Origin: Candidatus Woesearchaeota archaeon
GTDB lineage: Archaea; Nanobdellota; Nanobdellia; Woesearchaeales; DSVV01
Assembly (NCBI GenBank): GCA_016219865.1
Contig: JACRKF010000023.1
Location: 1-20,243 of the forward strand
DNA length: 20,243 nucleotides
Reading direction: 5' to 3'
Part shown: positions 6,671 through 13,561 of the stretch, one piece after another
How positions within the stretch are numbered: position 1 is the stretch's first letter
How the letters are laid out: the number at the start of each line of letters is the position of its first letter
Program-made: the position numbers and the translations under genes
Notes under the pieces: model-generated
Seen by the model: only the letters and a program-made list of their open reading frames with translations
What the model was told of the DNA's origin: nothing
The model's database searches: none

Positions 6671-8704
6671 ATGGCATTAAAAGTACTCAAGCGGGATGGA
6701 AGACAAGTTGATTTTGATCAGCAGAAGATAGTGGAAGCTATTTTTGCAGCTGCGCATTCTGTTGGCGGCAATGATAAGGCATTATCAGAGCAACTGGCAG
6801 AAAAAGTAAAAACATCAGTTTATGAGAGATTCACAACAACAAATCCAACTGTTGAGGATATCCAAGATACAATTGAACGTATTCTCCTTGAAGAGCATCA
6901 TCTAAATACTGCAAAAGCATTTATTCTTTATAGAGAAAAAAAAGCAAAATTACGGAATTTAAAACATGCAATCCTTGGAAAAATGGTTGATAAAAGAATC
7001 TCATTGAATGCATTGAAGATATTAAAAGAACGTTATCTAAGAAAAGATGATAATGGTGTAATTATTGAAACTCCAGAGATGTTATTTAGAAGAGTTGCAA
7101 AAACAATTGCGCAAGCTGATAAATTATACGAAGTCGAACGCGCAGATTATAAAAAAATAGAAGAGCTATTTTTCCAATCAATGATGAGTTTTAATTTTGT
7201 TCCTAGCACGCCAATCTTAATGAATGCAGGCACAAAACTGCAGAACTTACATGCATCATATGTTCTTCCAGTAGAAGATAATTTAGATTGCATTTACAAT
7301 TCATTAAAAACATCAGCGATGATACATCAATCAGCTGGAGGCACTGGATTCTCATTCTCAAGATTGCGTCCAAAAGATGATTATATTAGCACAACGCAAG
7401 GATTTTCTTCCGGACCTATCTCATTTTTGCAGCTCTATGACAAATCTACTGAAATAATGAAAAAAGGTGGAAAAAGAAGAGGAGCAAACATGGCAATATT
7501 GCGTGTTGATCATCCTGATATTCTTGAATTTATCACTTCAAAAGAAGATCCAAAATCACTTGCAAATTTTAATATTTCTGTAGGCATCACAAAAGATTTT
7601 ATGGATGCAGTTGAAAAAGATAAACTCTATAATCTTATTAATCCAAGAACAAAAGAAGTTGTTAGAAAACTGCCAGCAAGAGAAGTATTTGATCTTCTTG
7701 CAACAATGGCATGGCGCAATGGAGAGCCTGGTGTTATTTTTATAGATAAGATCAATGATAAGAATGTTTTGCCAGAACTTGGTGAAATTGAAGCAACATC
7801 TCCATGCGCAGAAGCATTGCTTTATCCTTATGAAGCTATTAGTTTAGCAGCAATAAATCTTGCAAATATGGTTAAGGATAAGAAAGTTGATTATGATAAA
7901 CTTCGAGAAACATGCGCGCTTGTTGTGCATTTCTTAGATAACTGCATTGATCTAACAAAATATCCAACAAAAGAGACTGAAGAAGCAACAATAGCAAATA
8001 GAAAGATTGGTGTTGGTATAATGGGATTTGCTGATATGTTATTTCAATTGCAAATTCCTTATGACAGTGATTCTGGATTAGAAATTGCAGAAACTATAAT
8101 GAAATTTATTAATGAAGAAACAAAAAAAGCATCAGCTGATCTTGCTAAAGAAAGAGGAGCTTTTCCAAACTTTAAGAAAAGCATTTACGCTGAAAAGTAT
8201 GCAGAAAAAGGAATCAAACTGCGAAATGCAACAACAACTGCAATTGCGCCAACAGGAGCTACAAGCATGATTGCAGATGTTTCTTCAGGAATTGAGCCTA
8301 ATTTTGCAATTTCTTTTATCAAACGTGTTTTAGATGGAGAAGATTTTCTTTATGTCAACAAATATTTTGAACAAATTGCGCAAGAACGTGAGTTTTACAA
8401 CGAAGCATTAATGAAGTCAATTGCGAATAAAGTCAGTTTAAAAGAATTCCTTGAGATTCCAAGAGATATAAGAAAAGTGTTTGTTACATCTCATGAAATA
8501 TCTCCTGATTATCATGTCAAAATGCAGGCAATATTCCAGAAGCATTGTGATAATGGTGTTTCTAAAAGCGTCAATTTAAAATATACTTCTCATAAAGAAG
8601 ATGTTACAGATATCTATAAACTTGCATATAAACTTGGCTGCAAAGGAATTACAGTTTACAGACATAATTCAAGAGCAGAACAAGTGCTGACGCTGGAAAG
8701 GTAG
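6671..8704 (+). CDS. Class II RNR-like paralogue with ATP-cone (automated annotation would call it adenosylcobalamin-dependent ribonucleotide reductase); the active site is atypical
   Basis: 677 aa counted from ATG 6671. AGAGGAG lies upstream, and the ATG begins 2 nt after the cobO stop. The ORF track starts it at TTG 6659. It aligns collinearly with short T. maritima-type NrdJ (RYLRKDDNG, SAGGTGFSFSRLRP, GGKRRGANM, DHPD, GEPGVIF, SPC379AE381, IAPTGATS, ITVYRH). It has S196 and I390 where the redox cysteines belong, and S377 where the Asn belongs. Confidence 0.9.
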   Translation: MALKVLKRDGRQVDFDQQKIVEAIFAAAHSVGGNDKALSEQLAEKVKTSVYERFTTTNPTVEDIQDTIERILLEEHHLNTAKAFILYREKKAKLRNLKHAILGKMVDKRISLNALKILKERYLRKDDNGVIIETPEMLFRRVAKTIAQADKLYEVERADYKKIEELFFQSMMSFNFVPSTPILMNAGTKLQNLHASYVLPVEDNLDCIYNSLKTSAMIHQSAGGTGFSFSRLRPKDDYISTTQGFSSGPISFLQLYDKSTEIMKKGGKRRGANMAILRVDHPDILEFITSKEDPKSLANFNISVGITKDFMDAVEKDKLYNLINPRTKEVVRKLPAREVFDLLATMAWRNGEPGVIFIDKINDKNVLPELGEIEATSPCAEALLYPYEAISLAAINLANMVKDKKVDYDKLRETCALVVHFLDNCIDLTKYPTKETEEATIANRKIGVGIMGFADMLFQLQIPYDSDSGLEIAETIMKFINEETKKASADLAKERGAFPNFKKSIYAEKYAEKGIKLRNATTTAIAPTGATSMIADVSSGIEPNFAISFIKRVLDGEDFLYVNKYFEQIAQEREFYNEALMKSIANKVSLKEFLEIPRDIRKVFVTSHEISPDYHVKMQAIFQKHCDNGVSKSVNLKYTSHKEDVTDIYKLAYKLGCKGITVYRHNSRAEQVLTLER

Positions 8705-8727
8705 GCTTGTTGATGAATGTTTTGAAG

Positions 8728-8746
8728 TGTCCGAAAAAATCGGACA
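8728..8746 (+). terminator. Hairpin TGTCCGA-AAAAA-TCGGACA downstream of the second RNR gene
   Basis: A perfect 7-bp stem lies 24 nt after the stop codon. Its function as a terminator is inferred. Confidence 0.35.
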
Positions 8747-8891
8747 ACTGAAATTAATGAAATTATTCTGCAATATAATTTTATTGAAAAGCATACAACT
8801 ATTGAATCAACTACCTTATGCATGATGTATAAGATTAGAAATATGGTTCAATAGATTGTTAGTATTGATTAGATTAAATATTAAAATTTAA

Positions 8892-8944
8892 AAGGTATAA
8901 AGGGTAAAGTTATACTGGGTATAACTCCACTCTACCCTCTCCTT
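8892..8944. other. Compound nested inverted repeat in a 290-nt intergenic region
   Basis: Three nested pairs read by eye: AAGG/CCTT (8892-95 with 8941-44), AGGGTA/TACCCT (8901-06 with 8933-38), and AGTTATAC-TGG-GTATAACT (8908-8926). Confidence 0.4.
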
Positions 8945-8992
8945 AAACATTATATTATTATGAAGTCAAGACTAATATATAAACTTTTTGCC

Positions 8993-9283
8993 TTACTTTT
9001 CAGTGAATTTTATGTCATTAAATAAATCATCTAAATATATAATCTTATCCGCCGTAATCTTAATTTCTTTTGATAGACTATTTCTAAAAGAAGCAACCCA
9101 TATTTTTATTCCTGCATCTTTTGCGCATTCAATAGCATCTTTAAAATCTTCATCACCACTAACTATAATACATATATTACATGTTTTTTGCAGTGCATGG
9201 CGTAATATATCTGTTGCTAATGAAATATCTACTCCTTTTTGGATTTGTCTTTCATGAGTTGTAGAGCAATTAGGACATACCAT
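8993..9283 (-). CDS. NYN/LabA-like (DUF88) domain protein, C-terminal two-thirds; probably part of a frameshifted gene that starts at 9411
   Basis: 96 aa. It has CPNC followed by QKGVDISLATDIL and IIVSGDEDFKDAIE, which are hallmark NYN motifs. The N-terminal IDG strand is missing from this ORF but is recoverable upstream in another frame. Confidence 0.7.
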   Translation of the reverse strand: MVCPNCSTTHERQIQKGVDISLATDILRHALQKTCNICIIVSGDEDFKDAIECAKDAGIKIWVASFRNSLSKEIKITADKIIYLDDLFNDIKFTEK

Positions 9284-9431
9284 TTTTCTATTTTTTAGTA
9301 TTTTTGTTCTGATTTGTATTCCTTTTTCCTGTAATGCTTGTATAAAATTCTTCTTTTTTACAGGTATCTGCTCAGGAACACCACTATTAAAACTACTGAT
9401 TTCTCATCCATTTTTAGCAAAATATACCATC

Positions 9432-9440
9432 TTTATATAA
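9432..9440 (-). promoter_or_regulatory. TATA box (minus strand, TTATATAAA) about 20 nt upstream of ATG 9411
   Basis: Its position matches the leaderless spacing seen for other genes in this window. This supports 9411 as the true NYN gene start. Confidence 0.45.
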
Positions 9441-9462
9441 AGTTTTCTAAGAAAAAAATACC

Positions 9463-9470
9463 TTTATATA
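9463..9470 (+). promoter_or_regulatory. TATA box TTTATATA 24 nt upstream of the aRF1 ATG at 9494 (leaderless)
   Basis: Read directly. The same spacing is seen at 14541, 15186, 15862 and 19492. Confidence 0.55.
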
Positions 9471-9493
9471 CCATTACTTTTTCTATTAACGAT

Positions 9494-10600
9494 ATGTCAA
9501 TTACTGCAATGCAGCGTTTTAAGCTGCGAAAGATAATCAAGGAGTTAGAAACATATAGAGGAAGGCATACTGAATTAGTTACTGTGTACATTCCCAAAGA
9601 TTATGATCTCAACAAGATAATTAATCATCTTTCGCAAGAAGTAGGAACTGCTTCTAATATAAAATCCACAGCAACAAGAAAGAATGTAACTGATGCATTA
9701 GAAAAAATGATTCAGCATCTGCGTCTTTACAAAAGAACAGCTGAAAATGGATTAATGGTTTTCTCAGGAAATGTTTCAGAAAGAGAAGGACAAAGCGATG
9801 TTAAAGTTTGGAGCATTGAACCTCCTGTGCCATTAAATCAGCGATTATATCGATGTGATAAAGAATTTGTATTAGATGTGCTTCGTGATATGTGCGAGGA
9901 AAAAGAGGTTTATGCTTTTGTTGTGCTTGACAAACGAGATGCTCATCTCGCTTTGTTGAGAGGAAAAACAATTGTGCCTGTTGCAAAAACACATTCAGAA
10001 GTTCCAGGTAAAATGCGAGCTGGTGGACAATCATCAGTAAGATTTGAAAGAAACAGGGAACTTGCGCTCAAAGACCATCTCAAAAAAGTAGGAGATTATA
10101 TGAAAGATAATTTCTTGCCAATGATTGGGCAGATAAAAGGCATTATTGTTGGCGGTCCTGGACAAACAAAGTATGAGTTCGTTGAAGGAGATTATATCAC
10201 TGATCAAGTTCGCAGAAAGGTTATAGCAATTAAAGATATAGGTTATACTGAAGAAGTAGGTCTGCAAGAATTGCTTGATAGAAGTGATGATGTTTTAGCG
10301 CAAGAAGAAGTTGCAGACGAAAAAAGGATAATGAACAAATTCTTTTTATTGCTTTCAACAAAACCAAATATGGTATGTTATGGTGAGGCAGATGCAGCAA
10401 AATTTCTAGACATGGGTGTTGTTGATACATTGCTTTTATCTGAATCTTTGCCAGATGAAACAATCACAAAATTTGAAGAAAAAGCGCAGCAGTTTAATTC
10501 AATTGTTAAGATAATATCAACAGAAACAAGAGAAGGAGTGCAACTGCGAGATATTGGAAAAGCTGCTGCTATCTTGCGGTATGAAGTGCATCAGGAGTAA
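9494..10600 (+). CDS. prf1: Peptide chain release factor aRF1
   Basis: 368 aa from MSITAMQRFKLRK. It has TASNIKS, YRCDKEF and RAGGQSS. The 52 codons upstream (ORF-track start 9338) are low-complexity, overlap the divergent promoter region, and are rejected. Confidence 0.95.
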   Translation: MSITAMQRFKLRKIIKELETYRGRHTELVTVYIPKDYDLNKIINHLSQEVGTASNIKSTATRKNVTDALEKMIQHLRLYKRTAENGLMVFSGNVSEREGQSDVKVWSIEPPVPLNQRLYRCDKEFVLDVLRDMCEEKEVYAFVVLDKRDAHLALLRGKTIVPVAKTHSEVPGKMRAGGQSSVRFERNRELALKDHLKKVGDYMKDNFLPMIGQIKGIIVGGPGQTKYEFVEGDYITDQVRRKVIAIKDIGYTEEVGLQELLDRSDDVLAQEEVADEKRIMNKFFLLLSTKPNMVCYGEADAAKFLDMGVVDTLLLSESLPDETITKFEEKAQQFNSIVKIISTETREGVQLRDIGKAAAILRYEVHQE

Positions 10601-10606
10601 TATACC

Positions 10607-10616
10607 TTTTTTCTTT
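10607..10616 (+). terminator. Oligo-T tract (TTTTTTCTTT) 7 nt after the aRF1 stop
   Basis: Archaeal intrinsic termination typically occurs at T-runs. The function here is inferred from position only. Confidence 0.4.
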
Positions 10617-10776
10617 GCGCAGAGATTACAATGAAACCTAACTTATTGGATAAAAATTGGGAAAAAAGCGAAACCACCAACCAAATACTACTATTTAGTA
10701 ATTAACAGCTAAAGCTTTATAAATAACGTCCTCATAACAACCTGAAAACTTCAATTTAATGGAGATGTGATTAACA

Positions 10777-11025
10777 ATGGCAGAAAACTATGCAATGAGT
10801 CAAGTAATTCCTGTACGAAGATTTAAACCAATTCCTGTACGAAGATTTAAACCATTTGAAGGTCAAAATAGATTAAGGATGCAAGAACTTTTGACAGGAA
10901 AAAATCCAAAAACAGGTAAGCAAACTGATGTTCCAAGAGAATTAATCACGCCTGCGCAATTATTTGAACAAAGATTAACTGGAGAAAGTGGCGATAAAGC
11001 TTATTTAAGAGCTAATTTATGTTGA
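10777..11025 (+). CDS. Hypothetical protein, probable 5' part of a split gene
   Basis: 82 aa. GGAGATGTGA lies upstream and TATA TTTATAAA is at 10716-10723. It contains the duplicated IPVRRFKP. I recognise no family. Confidence 0.5.
   Translation: MAENYAMSQVIPVRRFKPIPVRRFKPFEGQNRLRMQELLTGKNPKTGKQTDVPRELITPAQLFEQRLTGESGDKAYLRANLC
10807..10854 (+). repeat. Perfect tandem duplication of a 24-bp unit (ATTCCTGTACGAAGATTTAAACCA x2)
   Basis: Read directly. The duplication is in frame and encodes IPVRRFKP twice. Confidence 0.95.
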
Positions 11026-11092
11026 TACACGTGTTTGTGTAGTTCCTAATCCGGATGCAAATGAGATCAAATTTACTCACGGTCATCCAGTA

Positions 11093-11557
11093 ATGGATGC
11101 TTTAAATGAAAAAACAAAATTAGTTAATGGAACAATTCTTGTTTCCAGCGAACAATATCATGCTATTGATGGATTAGTTCTGGTTGAGAGTGAACTTGTA
11201 GAGTTTAGAAATAATAATTATGCTCTGCCTACAAAAAGAGAAGAAGTCTGGGAATTTTTTGCAAGAGGAAATACAAACCTTACACAAAAATATAAAACTG
11301 ATGTTTGCGATTCATTAAATCTAACATTTAATTCAGTGATGGGTCTCTATATGCCTATGACATTTACTAAAGGAATGCGGTTTTTGTGTGTCGGCTCTGT
11401 TGACGACAACGATAGGTCTGATGCCTATGGCAACTACAATCTCGTCTACAACTGTGGTCGTCTGGTTGGGGTAGCGCCGGAGGCGCCAGTGTTAATTAGT
11501 GCGTGCGAAGCGCCACGCGAAAATGGGGCAGTTCCAGACCTTGAAAAGCTGTTATGA
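11093..11557 (+). CDS. Hypothetical protein, probable 3' part of the same split gene; the 3' end is anomalously GC-rich
   Basis: 154 aa. The reading frame stays open for 28 codons upstream of the ATG (back to TAA 11006-11008) with no ATG, GTG or TTG in that stretch. Confidence 0.55.
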   Translation: MDALNEKTKLVNGTILVSSEQYHAIDGLVLVESELVEFRNNNYALPTKREEVWEFFARGNTNLTQKYKTDVCDSLNLTFNSVMGLYMPMTFTKGMRFLCVGSVDDNDRSDAYGNYNLVYNCGRLVGVAPEAPVLISACEAPRENGAVPDLEKLL

Positions 11558-11677
11558 GCAGATTAGCAACTACTGGTTTACAAGGCAGAATGTTAGATTT
11601 AGTACTTTCTGAGCAACAGAAGAGAAAATATATATCTTGGAATGAATTTGAACGAAATAAAGAGTTTACATTATAAT

Positions 11678-12562
11678 TCAATTCCTCACTTCAAACAATT
11701 CTCCAATCTTTCTATATAATGTTTGATTGAATACTAATCTTTGATGTCCAACTCCTTTAATACCATAAGCAGATTCAATTTCAATATTTCTTGCTCCCTC
11801 TAAAATAGAACTGCTATAAGGAATTATGATTAAATCAGTTTTACTATAAAGATTAATTATCTTTGCTAATGTCTCATCTGTGTCTTTTTTTGCTAGTTCA
11901 AGTAGAAAAGCGCTGCCATAACGTAATTCTTCTACACATTTTCCACCCATGCCAAAGAGTTGGATAACTTTCATTGCAAATTCATGTTCAACCATTCTTG
12001 TTCTATGTTCAATATTTACAGCTGCAGTTGCTAATAATGTGCCAAAATGCGGCGCGCCAAGTGTAACTACATTATCAATTGATGATTTATCTTCTTGCAA
12101 TACTTTTCGTGCTTGTACTCCACCCATACTATATCCAAGTAATGAAACTTGTTGGTAGCCTGAGTTTCTTTTAATATAATCAATATCTTCTGCTAATCTT
12201 TCTGCATTTAATGAAATTCCATCATGCACTGGTAAATCAACAACAAATGTTTTACCTGTATGTCCATTGCTTCCAAAATATCTCTCAACACGTTCTAAGC
12301 ATTCTCTTTTCTGCATAAACCCTGGAAGAATTAACAATGGATTTGTTTCATCTTCTGTTTTTCTATCAACTATACCATCATAAAGTTTATGACGTAGATT
12401 TTCAGGAGTGCCAATTCTATTACCTGAAACCATTCTTTTTCCAAAACCATAAACATTATGCGTTAAACTTGGTAGTTCCTTTGCAATATGTGGAAGTGCT
12501 AATGTAATCTGAAGCAAAGTTTGTTTTAAGATTACGTATTCTTCTTGTAATAGAGTTTGCAT
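11678..12562 (-). CDS. Alpha/beta hydrolase, PGAP1-like / class 2 lipase-esterase family
   Basis: 294 aa. The nucleophile elbow is LLGYSMGGVQAR (GxSxG). VTLGAPHFGT follows downstream. On the minus strand a TATA lies 22 nt upstream of the ATG. Confidence 0.8.
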   Translation of the reverse strand: MQTLLQEEYVILKQTLLQITLALPHIAKELPSLTHNVYGFGKRMVSGNRIGTPENLRHKLYDGIVDRKTEDETNPLLILPGFMQKRECLERVERYFGSNGHTGKTFVVDLPVHDGISLNAERLAEDIDYIKRNSGYQQVSLLGYSMGGVQARKVLQEDKSSIDNVVTLGAPHFGTLLATAAVNIEHRTRMVEHEFAMKVIQLFGMGGKCVEELRYGSAFLLELAKKDTDETLAKIINLYSKTDLIIIPYSSSILEGARNIEIESAYGIKGVGHQRLVFNQTLYRKIGELFEVRN

Positions 12563-12603
12563 AAATAAATTACTAGAATAACTATATATAAAAAGTTAAT
12601 GAA

Positions 12604-12894
12604 TTATTTTTTCTGTTTGCCGCTAATATGCAGTCTAAAATTATCATCTTGTTCAACTTTCAGTGATTCTAGATTATTAATAACAAGATCATTTCCAGAT
12701 AATAAGTATGATATATCTAAATCATATATATCCATTCTATCAATTAAATCAAACTCAATTATCTTATCTGGCACTTTTCCTGATTTATGCGGATCATTCA
12801 TAGAGAATAAACTAATAAAACAAGGATGTTTTGTGTCTTCTTGATTGATTCTTTTCTTTCTTCCGATAATTGCAGATTTTGTTTTGTATTCCAT
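12604..12894 (-). CDS. Hypothetical 96-aa protein
   Basis: The ORF lies on the same strand as its neighbours, and the antisense ORF is less plausible. I recognise no motif. Confidence 0.45.
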   Translation of the reverse strand: MEYKTKSAIIGRKKRINQEDTKHPCFISLFSMNDPHKSGKVPDKIIEFDLIDRMDIYDLDISYLLSGNDLVINNLESLKVEQDDNFRLHISGKQKK

Positions 12895-12957
12895 TTTTAC
12901 TCACTTCGTTCGTAAAAATGAGATAACATAAGACTTTAAATATTTTCTTGTTTTTAA

Positions 12958-12995
12958 GAGAATTTTGCAAAAATAGCAATTTTTGCAAAATTCTC
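12958..12995. repeat. Palindromic intergenic repeat, copy 3: a 17-bp perfect stem GAGAATTTTGCAAAAAT / ATTTTTGCAAAATTCTC with loop AGCA
   Basis: Read directly. Confidence 0.85.
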
Positions 12996-13047
12996 CTCAG
13001 CAGGCAATCCGGACAATAGGGAATTAATAACATAAAGAACTTTGCAA

Positions 13048-13065
13048 AGAATTTTGCAAAATTCT
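13048..13065. repeat. Palindromic intergenic repeat, copy 4: loop-less 18-bp perfect palindrome AGAATTTTGCAAAATTCT
   Basis: Read directly. It lies 10 nt downstream of the DoxX stop on the minus strand. An adjacent palindrome CTTTGCAAAG is at 13040-13049. Confidence 0.85.
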
Positions 13066-13074
13066 CTAAAGAAG

Positions 13075-13479
13075 CTAAAACACTTCTTTCTTAAACAACA
13101 GATGATCTAATGACCATTTTCTAGCGCCAAATGCTGTTAGCACTAAAAATGCTGCAAGATACATTACTGCTAATTCTCCACCTGTTGCAAGTGGATTTAT
13201 TCCTAAATGAACCTTAATAAATGCGCTTGCCATAATCACAATTCCACCAAATGCAGCTAATCTTGTTAAGAATCCAAAGATAACAGCTAATCCAACTAAG
13301 AATTCTACTGTTCCAACAAATCCCATTAAGCCAACAAATCCCATAGCTTGTTTTGCTCCAAACCATCCAAATAGTTTTTGAGCTCCATGCATAAAAAACA
13401 TTGCTCCTATTAAAAATCTAAATAGCATGTATAATACATTTCCTAACATACCATCTATATATTTTCTTAAACATTCCAT
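13075..13479 (-). CDS. DoxX family membrane protein
   Basis: 134 aa with four hydrophobic segments. It carries the signature FFMHGAQKLFGWFG. Confidence 0.8.
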   Translation of the reverse strand: MECLRKYIDGMLGNVLYMLFRFLIGAMFFMHGAQKLFGWFGAKQAMGFVGLMGFVGTVEFLVGLAVIFGFLTRLAAFGGIVIMASAFIKVHLGINPLATGGELAVMYLAAFLVLTAFGARKWSLDHLLFKKEVF

Positions 13480-13561
13480 AATTTCACCCTTAAATTTTTA
13501 ATTATATGATATTATTTATAATTTATAGAATAATAATTCTAATTAATAAGGTTTTCGGATT

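Noticed and set aside
8988-9257. Plus-strand ORF antisense to the NYN gene.
   Set aside because: The minus-strand frame carries the conserved NYN motifs, whereas the plus-strand frame has none.
9338-9493. The ORF track starts aRF1 at 9338, which adds 52 N-terminal residues.
   Set aside because: The extension is low-complexity. It overlaps the divergent promoter and the NYN upstream region. A TATA box at 9463-9470 sits 24 nt before ATG 9494, and aRF1 homology begins at MSITAMQRFKLRK.
9494-10600. Possible stop-codon reassignment or an alternative genetic code, as seen in some reduced lineages.
   Set aside because: aRF1 has canonical NIKS, YxCxxxF and GGQ motifs. TAA, TAG and TGA all terminate well-supported genes at their expected lengths. 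No conserved protein shows an in-frame stop.
10807-10854. A possible CRISPR or minisatellite array.
   Set aside because: There are only two directly adjacent units with no spacers, inside a coding frame. No cas genes and no further repeats are present.
12812-13033. Minus-strand 73-aa ORF, and ORF 12599-12844 on the plus strand.
   Set aside because: The first spans the palindromic repeat and promoter region. The second is antisense to ORF 12604-12894. Neither has start-site signals.
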